From Phoronis australis (taxonomy: Eukaryota > Animalia > Phoronida): DNA of 64,000 nucleotides. This document shows positions 13,807 to 25,906 of this stretch, one piece after another. Below the pieces are notes generated by a model. The model was not told the origin of the DNA. It ran no database searches and saw only the letters and a list, made by a program, of their open reading frames with translations. The stretch lies in the NCBI GenBank assembly GCA_002633005.1, contig NMRA01000141.1, forward strand, positions 483,609 to 547,608. Reading direction: 5' to 3'. How positions within the stretch are numbered: position 1 is the stretch's first letter; each line of letters begins with the position of its first letter. Both the position numbers and the translations under genes were made by a program.

Positions 13807-15255
13807 GCTAACTTATAAGGGGATATACTATCGCCCCTGTATGCCTGCGGCGTTCAGGCCTAGACGGGGTTGAGTTCCATTTGTAGTCCGTTAACAGCTT
13901 CGCACAACATAACAAGTTCACATTTTCTTCATTCATTCACAGTTATTCCAGTTGTACCATCTCTTAAGTTGTGATATTGTTTTAAGCGTGAAATTCACCA
14001 TATGAACTCCAGTAAGAATTGGCGTGTGTAGCAAAGACTCGGGGCAAAACAAGAGCAATATGGCAGGTTTTGCCCTCTTTCCAGTGATGTCACATTGACT
14101 AACTAGAAACTCACAAGTGAGCTATTAATTTCAGTTCAACACAAGATGGTGATATGATGGCCATTTTTTTAAATTTTCTGTTTGCAGAGCCGTAACACAG
14201 TCATCCTTAGACGGGATCTTAATGAAACTTGGTATGTGGGTAGATCTCGTCAAGTGCTACACAAACTGTTGTCAGGTTTTCACTACATTTGACTCTTATT
14301 GAAACTTTCTGATGATCATTCTTTTATTTTCTGATCATTGGCCGCTTTCTTGACGATTGACCCCAATCTAATTTCATCAATGTTTCGTGGCGCCAATGAT
14401 GATGACGATGATGTTGTCATTTTCAGAGTTGTCCTTTATGTCAGCGGTGTCAGTGACCTTGGCCTTGTGGCACGATCGACGTCAGAGACATTGGAATTTT
14501 CTTGTGTCTGTGATTTCATGTGAAGTGGCATCGTCAATATTTGCAATCATTATGTGTGCACCAGTCTTGTCATGAGTGTGGGAGGTGGCGTTGTCGTCTT
14601 CAACAATGCTGTTGTTCGTGTTGCTGGCAGCACTGTCTCTGTTGTTGACAGTGTGGGTCACAGTGTCGTGGTTCTGTCATTGGTTTTGTGGTCGTTGTCA
14701 TCTATGGTGTTATAGTCATACTCAGGAACATACCTAGGAGTCAAAAGCCCAGTCGCTTACCCACGTGGCCGCCCAGTTAGAAAATCCAGTAACCCAGCCA
14801 TTAGTTATGTCACCTGAATTTTTAAGTTGCATGCTTTTCAGTACTCAGAAGTCCTGTCCTAACTTGAATGTTAAACTTGAACAACAGGCCCGCTACTGCA
14901 CTTACCCCATCTGCGCGTTGCTTGTCCTAAAAATTACAACCCATGCATTTAAGATCAGCTTGACATATAGCAACATTCACCTGCTGATGGCATAAATTTG
15001 TCATCAACCGGTGGTTTTGCCATTTAGTTGGTAGTTTAAGAGAAATTTTCATTTTATTGTCAGGTTTCATTTGAGCGCTACGTAAAAAATAGGTTTTGTT
15101 TTCCCTACCTAGTTCTCAACTACGCTAGGCATTCGCAACTCGTAAACCGTAGACTCCTGTATTGTTTCAAGGTATTGTTGGTCAAGCATGATGTCGACAT
15201 TGCTTTTTGACATAGGGAGTCGATTTACATATACAACCTTACGTTGGCAAAATAT

Positions 15256-15825
15256 GTCATTTAAACAGTTTCATATTACTCCATCTTGCCTGTCAAAAAC
15301 TTTGTAATACAGTAAACTTAGGTTGTTATGGTAACTGTGAACCTTGTTTATCAAGTTGTACTTTATTTGATAACACCTTAAATTCCGTTAGCTCTAACCC
15401 TTACAAGGTATATATTTTGTGAAAGGTGATTAAATTTTGTTGTTTACTACTTTTATTTTTACACGAGATCTGCATTTTTGAGCAAAACATGATTTTGACT
15501 TTGAACAGAGATTTTATAATATTGTTCCTCCATTCATATTGGTCTTTTTTCAACATTTTGATTATGTCATTTTTGAGAGAACTATGTCTCAAATTTTTTA
15601 AATGGTTCCTAGTTTTTCTGAGCGAAGTCTTCAGAAATCAACAATACAACTATTTTTGCTCATTCCTTATGAAAAATAAAGAAAATAAAGTTAATAAGAA
15701 TAGTAAATTTTGTTAGAATATCTGTTTACCTTTAAGAAAATATATACTTTGTAGAGGTTAGAGCTAATGGAATTTAAGGTATTTGCACATAAGTACAACC
15801 TGGTAAACAAGATTCACAGTTAAAT
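15256..15825. mobile_element. MITE-like element with long inverted arms in LSM12 intron 4
   Basis: 15335-15430 and 15735-15825 are inverted repeats of each other. The left part is also the inverse of 8010-8349. Confidence 0.7.
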
Positions 15826-16255
15826 TAAGTACGACGTAAGACAGATTCATTTGAAAAATAAATTATTTTGGCACACACAGAATGAAAGTGCGTGGCTGAC
15901 TATGTTCTTGACAAGCATCAGTTCCAGCAAGACAACTGTGGTGGGAACGCCCTTTACTTCTATGTGGAGTCACTCATTAAGATCTTTGCCAAATGCCTGT
16001 TTGCTGTGAGGCTAGTGCACAAGTAAAAACACCCCAGTGAGGAGACTGTTTATTTGAACTCCTCACAGAGGAATGACAAGAGTGCCTAACCCTCAGAATA
16101 TTCGCTTGCCACTTGGACGACCACTCAGTAAACTTCTATTTTCCAGTGCCTTTTTTAGTCAACTGGGCGAATGGCTACAAGTATCCCTACCATAATCCCT
16201 ACGTACTTCCATCTTCAGTCGATTTTGCTTTCATATTACTCTTTCTCTCCAACAG

Positions 16256-16342
16256 GTTGAAAAACATCACCGAGAATCAAAAAGTAACAACAGTACAGAA
16301 CAGATCAGTCACCAGAGGGCAGCATCATCATCGTCGCAGTGA
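16256..16342 (+). CDS. LSM12: LSM12 exon 5 (terminal coding exon)
   Basis: CTTTCTCTCCAACAG acceptor; VEKHHRESKSNNSTEQISHQRAASSSSQ*, matching the conserved VEKH. Total CDS 573 nt = 190 aa + stop. Confidence 0.92.
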   Translation, partial: VEKHHRESKSNNSTEQISHQRAASSSSQ

Positions 16343-17164
16343 ACAGTGGCTCCACCTTTAGGTTATGTATTCAGCGTATTCCGACATACCATCACTCTTG
16401 TGTACCTGATGTTTGTGCCAACTCAAAGAAACAACATGATACAGAAGAACGATCGTAGGCTCTCATCGATGTCTGAATGAAAGACAGAATGTCGGTCTTC
16501 GTTCGCATGGTGCGATTCACTGAACCAGATGGCCGTTTTCGGTGCATCGCTTGCTAATAGATCCTGTTGTTGGAACTGTAGTCGCGACATTTCCATGTCG
16601 AAAGTGTACCTCGGCAAGTGATGACGTGCGTTTCAGTTTTGTGTGTGGCCTCGTAATTGTTTAGGCAAACGAGTAACACAAATGTACTCTTTCGGAAAAG
16701 AATTCTTAATGTTGGTGTGTGTTGAATAACATGAGCATGTGTTGCGGGAAATTTTTCCGAATTGTACAACAGCATACTGCTTACCCAGCATTGACATGTT
16801 TGAGCAGCCATTAACATTTCATTACCTCTATGTAGATGCCAAAGTGAGAAATTGGGCATCAGCTCTTTAAGTTTGCAAGGTAATTTCTTGAAGCTGCACT
16901 GCTTTATATTGCATTGAAAACCATTGAACGTTCGTCCCAAGATGAATTGTATAGGTCTAAAGAAAAAATGACGAGTGCATTTGATGTAACCTCCATATTC
17001 TTTCACTTACTATGTGACTGCCATTTTTATATGCACCTTCCTAAATACATCTCTTCTCAAAAATAGTTGAAGCTAATTCTCTTGGTAATTGAAGAAGAAA
17101 TCGTTCCTCACCATTAGAAAGCAAGATTTGAAAGCTGTAAAGGGTCACCTTCAACGCAACATGG

Positions 17165-17670
17165 TTTTTATGCGCCCACGTATTTATAGGTGTGTGCATA
17201 GTGCATCTGTGCCTGGTTGCCCTAGCGTTCGCTGCTGTATATCCTAAACTCCTTGCAGGATCATAATGAGATTTGGCTGATGTGTTCCTGTAAATCTGAC
17301 GATAGACAACGACGAGTTTCTGACGGACTAGTGCTCCACCACCTATTGACAATTTTAGGTTTCCTCTCTTTCGTTTGATTTCCTTTATTGATTTTCTTGA
17401 AATTCGGCAAACAAATTTCTGTTATGAAGACGACAGTACCTTTCCATTGTGGCATGGATATGATATATTCAGCGCTACGTAGAGGTCATTTTAATTATTT
17501 TCAAGTCTGTTTTTTTTTTGTTATCTGTTCCTATGTCAGAGGATCATTATGAAAACTAGCAGATGTGTTTCTTTTGGCACTAACACGATGGACTTGGATT
17601 TTCAGACGTGTCCAACTATTGTGGTGCCTCCCCGTACCATTTCGCAGAGTTTCATGAGATTTGGCAAATG
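17165..17670 (+). mobile_element. Second HINE/DINE-like copy, downstream of the LSM12 stop (possibly in the 3' UTR)
   Basis: Same TTTTTATGCGCCCAC start and core units as 10042. Further fragments lie near 14190, 19090-19430 and (minus) 56160-56670. Confidence 0.55.
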
Positions 17671-18819
17671 GTATTGACATTTTCATGATACTAAAACACT
17701 CTTAGAAGCACACCTTTTGTGGTGCAGTTATGGGTCCATTGCAACCTCCATGTTGCTCATCTTGTTTTGGAAATAGACGAGTTTTAAAACGCATTTTTTA
17801 TCCAAATGTGATGCTTCTTGCCAAGTACACATTGCCATTTTTGTCAGATTTCACAGAAAGATTAGCCTTTGTTAGAGGTCAAATTACTGTGGGAACTCGC
17901 CTAGTGCTAGTGGTAGTTCAATTTTAGTTTCTCCATTATGGGGAATTAAACATAGAATAGGCTCCTTAGTAGGATTGTGCATAACCACAGGACTCCATGG
18001 TATTTTTGCATGTAATAAAGGGTACAAACACAAGATTGTCCCTATATTCTTAGGTGATGTATCTCTTGATGCAATCACCCTTTGCAAAATGTGAACAATG
18101 TCCCTTTTGGTTTGATTCTAAAACATTCTAGCTTCCAGAAGAAACAGTGATAATGCAACTTTACCAGTGTACCTTGGAAGCGACTAATCACAGTGTGTTT
18201 GAGTTATGCAATATGCTTGTCAAGACTTCTTTTCAGTCATGTGATCACGTCTCCTGTTAGAGGTATGTTGCCCTGTCAGTCTGTTTTCCAACTATTTATT
18301 GAATAGGTTCACATTGTCTGTCTGGTGTTGAGACAGAAGGAAGTCGCTTACTGGATTTAAAATATTTCCTGGATTTAAAAAAAAATATGCCTGGTGGGAA
18401 ACAGATTATTTATACTTCAGCTGTATGGCTGGTGTAGATTCTCAATGTTTTCATTCACTTGGTTAAAATAGTTGACACTTAAAATTTCTTGTGATGCAAT
18501 TTCTTGAAAGCTGCTTAGAAATGGAATGGAAATCTTTCTGTACTTTTTCAGTCTGGATTAGAGGAGAAAATTCTGTAGTTCATTTAAATATCATGGTTTG
18601 TTTCCTTTTTGGGAAGCAAAATTTAATATACCAGAAAAAAATGTTGCCTTTGTTTTCTTCCAAGATCATACACACAGGTCACTGGTGTACTTTCAGTGGG
18701 CACACAAAAATCTGATTCATTTCAGGGGTGGGTCTTTAGTGATGGGTAAGCGGTCGAAAACCACACCCACCGCCATACTTGGGTAGTGGTGAAAATCCAT
18801 AGAAGTCTGTTTGCAGAGT

Positions 18820-18990
18820 AGTACATTCCAGTCTGTTCCAACTTGTGATTGGTGGTAAGAATGACCGCAAGTAATTTAGCAACGAAGGCATGGAGTAGTC
18901 ACGTCTACAATATAATTGCTCGGCAACAACAGCTTTGTTGTAACAGGTCGCTCTCCTGGTACACTGCTCTTGTGTTCGTTTGTAGTACAT
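18820..18990 (-). mobile_element. L2/CR1-type LINE 3'-end relic
   Basis: YLRSFLPPITSWNRL resembles the SFFP..I..WN.L tail of CR1/L2 ORF2. Degenerate. Confidence 0.35.
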
Positions 18991-20833
18991 GAATGGCACG
19001 CAAGCAAACCTAAGGTGTCTTACAGATGACACTTCTCTTCATACACTATATACACAATAATAACAATGCTTTACAAACTATGTACGGCGTAGTTATGTGT
19101 TTTTGCATACTCCCGTCATCTTTGTCCAGCTTCTGCCTTGTCCCACGGTCAACCGCAGCTGTATCTCATAAATCTATTGCAGGATCGTTGTGAAATTTGA
19201 CATTTTGCGTCACAGTCATTTTTACTTGTTCCAAGTCTGTTTTTTGAATCGGCCTGCTCAATGAATTCTGAAATCGGCAGACGTATTTCTTCTGAGGAGA
19301 GCTTAGCTGTTGGCTCCAACTACTTGGGTGGACAGCTCCAACTACCTTGACGCCCCCTAGTGGCAGTTCTTTTTTCGTCTGCAGCTGTTTCCCGAAATTC
19401 TTATAGTATCTTTGTAAAAATTGGCAAGTTGTTTGAGTCTGTTACCACCACGAAAATTTATCTTTTTATAGCATACCTGTCATACACTATATATATAGTG
19501 ATATGGCGATTCCAGGATGTCTCCAGGGGGACTGTAATTTAAAGGATAAGTATTCGCTGTTGCCCAGAAAACGGCATGTCCCTCCCCATTTTGGCTATCA
19601 AGTCCTGAAGGGGGAGGGCCTAAATATCATTGGGTAAAACACCATGCTTCACAGAGGTAAATGTCGCACACGTCTACAAATCTATACAGCTTACTGAACA
19701 AAACTTTATTTCGAAATGTACGAACTGAAGCAAACAGTTTTTGAATTACGCAGCGAAAACAACACCGACAAACAACAAGATGGGATGAGAAATCTTCAGG
19801 GACATAACACGCATTTCAAAACGATTTGAGGTCGGGTGAACCACCAACTGCTGTCTTTTGTATCAGAAGGCATGACGAAAGTTGTCTCTGGCGTACCGTA
19901 GCTATTCCAAATGAGTTAATTTTCGAGTGATTCTAATTCTTTGGTTTACCCGGTGTACTGTAGTATTAAGCGCACTAACTCTGCCTTACACGTGCTTGTA
20001 TTCTGAACAGTCGTGTCGCCGAGTCGATGGGATTTATTGTGTGAGAGTACTTACTCGGTGTGCACAAAAAGGCAGCCACATGACTGCTATACTCAAATCA
20101 TTGGCCAAATGTCGCGATTCAGTGTGAGAAATGAGATCCAATAGACCATGTATATGCTTTCTGGCAAATGATCGTGAAACTGAAGTTGAGAAACAACAAA
20201 AAGTCGCACGCTCAATCGACATAATTCGTCATTTTAAGTACGACGTTATAATGTATATACAGGCCCGAAGGACCCCCCCCCGCGCGGAAAAGGACCAGCC
20301 CAGGCCTATCCGTTAAAGATGGGATATACAGTGGGAACAACAACAAAATTGTTGCAGCTACTGGTACTGCTAACTATAATAATAACTAAGTCAGTAAGAA
20401 TTTTAATTCTCGTAATCATCGGGCCGTACCCGGTCAACTTCGCCCGAAAGCTGTTTGATGATAGGATCGTGCAGCCGATTAGAGGAGCCTTTATGTTATT
20501 CATGGGCATTGAACGCACGTGATGGTTACAACATAGGGTAACACGGGTTTCTAGAAGTACAATGTCTATACCTAAATAAGTTATAGGCCTATAGCAGCGA
20601 GAGAGCTCTCAAAAGGTAGTGCCAAGAAACAAAATAGCAGAAAGTAGGTTCGTTATCTGTTATTTTGATAGTGGCAGACATTGTCAAATTTCCAGTTGGT
20701 TATGGATTGGTGGATGACATGCATGTGTTTACACGTGTGTGCGTTTCCATTCTTTGAAATTCAGTACAAACCGATGATAATTACTTCACAATAGGCAGTC
20801 CTCCGTCGTTGCTAAAAATCTAACATTTAACCG

Positions 20834-20979
20834 CATGGGCGGCGCCCTACAGAGGGTCGGGGGGCTATAGCCCCCATTTTCCAGTGCTGGGCCGCCCATC
20901 GTCTATGGGCCGTGCACCAAAAGGGAGTTGGGGGGGGGGGCTATTACCTCTCTCTTTTTTCAGTGCTACGCCGCCCATG
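20834..20979. mobile_element. Dimeric CATGGGCGGCGC MITE
   Basis: Terminal inverted repeats (TIRs) CATGGGCGGCG/CGCCGCCCATG around two ~70-nt monomers. Opposite orientation to the copies at 23163, 23973 and 52187. Confidence 0.75.
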
Positions 20980-21904
20980 AACTATCGTATTTTCTTCCAC
21001 TGCATGAGAAAAACCCCGACGACCATGTTCATATTATTTGGGAAAAGTAGGTCTAGACCTAATAAAAACTGTGGCCAATGAAGGTCTTCTCTTGTCAATC
21101 AGTGACAATGGCGCACACTCACAGGCGATACGAGCAACAAATTTGGTGGAAAAGATTTCCAATGTTATTTATATAGATTATTACATGTTCTCAGTCGTTA
21201 TCCCCCTTATCTAGGGCCCGAGTGGATTTTGGAGAATTATCGCCCGAGGGGCTCTGTGAAATGGTGCGACTTGGACATGGATTTGATGTATGTATCGTGG
21301 TTGACAATTCATCGATATTCCTACTTCATATTCTCTTAAAAATTCAAGTACCTACTCATTTTCCGTATTCGAAAGACATGCAGGCAATTTCGCATGCGCA
21401 TGAAATCTGGGCGTTGTTTGAGCACAGGTACACCACCTAGCATGTAATAACCGAAGTGTTGTTTATTTTTGCAGGTAAAAGTGTATCTGATACACAAGTC
21501 CGAAATTTTAGATCTCTTCGGAGTAGTGAACCTTCGGAATAATGAACCTTCAGAGTAGTGAACCTTTGGAATAGTAGGCTGTTCCCATTTCCAGCGATGT
21601 AAACAAGTTAAGTAACACGCAAAATACAACCAGATCAAAATATTCAAGTCGACCATTCTTCGATTAAATATTTCCGTCCGAGTAATGAGGTGTAATCACT
21701 CATTTAAGTACGCCCGGTATGAAAATTTGGCAGGGGGTAACGCGGGAACGTTCTTTCTGGACCACATTACATCCGAATTTGGGTCCCATTCTTTGTGAGC
21801 AACCGTCAGCCATCCTTATTTCTGGTATTACGAATTCTGATCTTGGTAACATGGAGCTGAGAGTCCGCGTCGTTGTGTATACAGATTTCTCCCCTGCGTC
21901 AAGG

Positions 21905-22146
21905 CATGCGCGCACCGGCCAGCCTAAAACAATGAGGGTGCTCAAATTTTTATAATGTGGACCTTTTGCTAAGATTCACAGAGTACGTTAAGAGCTTTGA
22001 ATTGTGCATTCGCCGAATTTTGGTAGCTCCTGCCTTTTTAGTGGACTTTTGTATCGTATTCTACTTTTTTTTTTCGGAGTTTTTGTTTCTCTGAGGCGGA
22101 CCTTTTTGCCGCACCCCCCCCCCCCCTCCCCCTGGGTGCGCGCATA
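21905..22146. mobile_element. CATGCGCGCACC MITE
   Basis: TIRs CATGCGCGCACC/GGTGCGCGCATA. Internal TTTTTAGTGGACTTTTGT...CTGAGGCGGACCTTTTT is shared with 25648 and 30225. Confidence 0.75.
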
Positions 22147-22476
22147 CGAAGGCTTTACCTAGTACTCTACAGTGTCCGACGACGTTTGCAAAATATCAAA
22201 GGCTCACCGTAGTAGAAATTCAAACTACCCCCCGCGCAATGCTGGATACGGGCCTGATTTATATAATTATCTAATAATGTACATGACAACGTCACACGAA
22301 AATGGACGAACTTTGTATCGAACGAGCATGAAGTTATGGTACCGGTAGTTTCTCTTTAACTTCGCCTTGCGTGATTTACGTTTGGAGATCATTAGTTCTA
22401 CTTACTTTCATAACAATTATACACAGACCTAAAGTTCGAGATGATGTTTGTGTATGTACGATAATTACATAAAGTT

Positions 22477-23058
22477 TTATCCAACTTTGGTACATGTGCA
22501 ACCAGCACTGACTTCCAAAATCATCCGCTCCCATTTCTGCACTCTGCGACCGCGCCAACTTTCGCATTCGTTGTCAGTTCGGTAGAGCACTCGCGTCGGG
22601 ACCGGAATGGGACGACAGTGGTTCCCCGTCAGGCTGCGGCCTCTGGAGGTAACGCAAAATTTGCACTCACATATGGCTTGAACAATAGTTTGAGGGTAGC
22701 GCTTGTTGTCCATATACTCCCGGTACTCGTAAGGGCAATCGCTGCGCTTCCTGGTCGCACCCGTGCTCGTGCTGATTTCTCTGCATGTCATGTTCTCTTG
22801 TTGATTTTCGTGCCAAGTGTGATTGAAGGACCGCACGTTGTTGGTGGATACGCCGTCGAGGAGCTCGTAGGAGACGTGATTTCTCTCGTTCTTGTACATT
22901 TGAGAGTATTTTTCTCGCTGGTAGATCAGCAAGTCGTCCGGGCTCAGCTCCTCGCAAGGTGGACTGTTTTCTACTGATCGCATACGACGCGATTCTTTTG
23001 ACCGACACTGTGTGACCATCGCCGCCAATGTTTGAAATAGCAGAAGATTTACCAGCGT
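22477..23058 (-). CDS. Interleukin-17 family cytokine, main coding exon
   Basis: Cystine-knot IL-17 pattern RSDCPYEY...RYPQTIVQAICECKFC...CRPIPVPTRVLYR...C...EVSAGCTC. The CTGTTCTAG acceptor extends the ORF in frame (phase 0) to give the hydrophobic signal segment TLVNLLLFQTLAAMV. Confidence 0.92.
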   Translation of the reverse strand, partial: TLVNLLLFQTLAAMVTQCRSKESRRMRSVENSPPCEELSPDDLLIYQREKYSQMYKNERNHVSYELLDGVSTNNVRSFNHTWHENQQENMTCREISTSTGATRKRSDCPYEYREYMDNKRYPQTIVQAICECKFCVTSRGRSLTGNHCRPIPVPTRVLYRTDNECESWRGRRVQKWERMILEVSAGCTCTKVG

Positions 23059-23162
23059 CTAGAACAGAGCAATTTCAATGTTCAATATCCTGCCATCAAA
23101 TTGCATTTATGTCAAAGGTGCTGTAAGCCCGTCTTTCAAAAAAAACTACCATTGGGCAAATG

Positions 23163-23297
23163 CATGAACGGCGCAGCACTGAAGGCTATACAGCCCCAAA
23201 CCCCCTATGGTGCGCTGCCGATGTGACCATGGGCGTCGCAGCACTGAAATAAGTAGGGGGCTATAGCCCTCCAGCCCCCTATGGTGCGCCGCCCATG
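23163..23297. mobile_element. Dimeric CATGGGCGGCGC MITE
   Basis: Two monomers joined by TGAC; terminal GCGCCGCCCATG. Confidence 0.7.
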
Positions 23298-23972
23298 CAA
23301 TATGACATTAGTTTCAATTTGTTCCTTTCTCCTGTTGGACGTGATGCCCAAGCTCAGAAAACGCTGCCATTGCTCGATCGCCAGTGGTCAATCCGCCGGG
23401 TCAAGACAAGTTACTGAGTGTGGTCTTGTGTAACGATATGTCATGTCTTCCCTTGCCGGGAAATCTTTTCTGATTCGAGTAAGGAACAAGACGAGATAAA
23501 CTTTACAATAGCAAGTGGTCAAAATTAAATCTTATCTTTTTACAATTTCTGAGGGTTCGTAGCGATTTAGACAAGTAGAGGATTGACATAGTGGAAATTG
23601 TGATAAAACTGTGCCGAGCTATCATCATTACCGTCGTCACTTAGAACATGCAAGTTTGATGACCGGCCGGTGGTGGTGTTAGCCGAGGGACGTGGCATCA
23701 GCCGAGAGACAGTGATGACGGAGAACTGCAAGCTAACCGTGGCTGGATCCGAGCATAAGAAATAATAAAAAACATGAAGGGGTATACAAACAAAAAAGTT
23801 TGCGAAAAGCTTAGATAGATATCTAAACTTTTTTGAGTGCTCTCATTTTTGTTAAAAAAATATTTCGCATTTTCTTCAGCGAGTTTTCAAAATGGAAAAA
23901 TGTATATCGTTCCGCCAAGGCCACTTCATGGTTCTTACCAATCTGAAATAACTCCACATTCGGTGAATTTTA

Positions 23973-24123
23973 CATGGGCGGGGCAGCACTGAAAAAAGTG
24001 GGAGGCTAAAGCCCCTCAGCCCCCCTGTGGTGCACCGCCTATAGACCATGTGCGGCCTAGCACTGAAAAAGTGGGGAGCTACAGCCTCTCCCCCCCCCAG
24101 CCCCCTATGGTGCGCCGCCAATG
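23973..24123. mobile_element. Dimeric CATGGGCGGCGC MITE with 5-bp TSD
   Basis: Flanked by TTTTA on both sides. Closely similar to 52187-52328. Confidence 0.8.
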
Positions 24124-24885
24124 TTTTACTGGTCGTTGATTAAATTCTGTGAACTCTGCTAGGTATATTTTGGCGATGGACATTATCATTTATTCATGTG
24201 AAGTACTTTATCCGCAAAATATAAGTAAAACTAGGCCTACTTCTGGAAACTCTTGACGTTGCTTAGCTTGGCCTCGTTCCTAGCACGGGGGTAGTGTAAA
24301 TGTTTTGTCAGCCTCTGTCATTCATTTGCCACTGACAGCGGAGGTGAAGGTGAAAGTACCACCGCAGACTGAGACTTACAGTTGAGCTGTCTGCCTTGAA
24401 TGAACTATAGCTGAGCTGGCAGCTTGGCCAGGCAGGCATGATACACGACAACAGCGGCTCATTCATATAGTTGTTTTCGCCTGAGGGTGAGTTTTAGGCT
24501 ACTATAAGCCCCGCCCCCTTCCATTATGAAAAGCAACATTTGATTTAGACCATTTACTGCTACAAAACAAATTAATTCTCAAATTGTTCCTCCAGAATCA
24601 AATTCGAGATGATTTCTGGACTTCGGAAGAAGTAACGGTTGGTTGAGGCTTTTGGTTGTTACTGCGTGTTCATGGTCAAAGTCAACAAGGAACTGTCTTG
24701 TTCTTTGCAAACCGAAAAATTGCTTCTTATCCGAGTAAGGGACAAGCCGAGGAAAATTTTTCATCGGTAAAATATGGTCTAAATCAGGAGTTCGTTTCTT
24801 GGACGGAACTCGGATTTATAGCGGTTTTCAATTGGGTTAAGCATATTCTTGGTTTTCTGGTGCGGTACTGGCATTGAAATATCAC

Positions 24886-24895
24886 GGGGATTTCC
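24886..24895. promoter_or_regulatory. Consensus NF-kB site in IL-17 intron 1
   Basis: GGGGATTTCC fits GGGRNNYYCC exactly. A single motif, so function is unproven. Confidence 0.35.
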
Positions 24896-25647
24896 TAAAA
24901 ATACTCTGCATCCAGTACATATTTTGAGAAAAAGGTGAAAACATTTTTTGTAATGCATTTCTGCTATTTCTGAAGATATATCCTGGATGTACATTTGGTA
25001 TATTAGAAAGATCAATAAGCACATGTTGCACTTTGTTTATCAGCGTTACGGTCACGATGATATAGGGACTAACATGATGATAGCATCACGCTTGATTTAA
25101 AGTTGGTTTTTGATATATACCAACGGTAACATTATTATAAATCACGACATGCGTAGTACGATATTCTCATTAATGAATTTCGTTTGCGTGGCTTATTGTG
25201 AAAAGGAGTAAAAGATTTTGAAAAAGAACTAAATCGTTTTCTGGTGTGGGGGGTCACCAAAAAAACATCCAAGGGCCGTAGCCAGAAGGATTTCGACATT
25301 TGGTGCTCTCCTCTGAAAATTTCTAAAAAAGTTAATTTGTTTTTAAAATTTGTGACATCAGTGAAGGAGAGACGTCACCCGGCCGACCATTGCAGATAAG
25401 GTGCAAATCTACATTTGCATTGCTGCAATGCGAGAGGAGTATGCCCTCTCTGCCGTGATGACCCCGTCTGGATCAGCCCCTACTGATTAGCCACTTTTTG
25501 TACGAACACCGGAAAACTGCTTTAAATTGGTCTACACTAGAAAAATGCATTGCTTGATTGACCTACTTTTTAAAGAGTCAGCCTTCCCTCAGTTCATCAA
25601 GATAAGAATAACAATACATTGCTTACGACAGCACTATTTGCCCTTTT

Positions 25648-25906
25648 CATGCGCGCACCCTGCCTTTAATATGGGGGGCTCGAATCTCTGACAAAGTGCC
25701 CCTTTCGCTTACAAAAAAGCGGGAGGACCAAAAAAACGGGGTACCACCTTCAGGTCCGTCTTTAAACTGTGCGTCTGCGCCTTTTTAGTGGACTTTTGTC
25801 TCGTTTCCTCGGACCTTTTGTTTCTCTGAGGCGGACCTTTTTACCCACTTTGCCAAATGGGGCGGGGGGTTAATTCGAGCCCCCCGAGCCCCTGGGTGCG
25901 CGCATG
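25648..25906. mobile_element. CATGCGCGCACC MITE
   Basis: Perfect TIR CATGCGCGCACCC/GGGTGCGCGCATG; flanks CTTTT/CTTTC. Confidence 0.8.

Noticed and set aside
21522-21575. 16-bp tandem units (GTAGTGAACCTTCGGA)
   Set aside because: Three contiguous units typical of a DNA-transposon subterminal repeat; no further structure.
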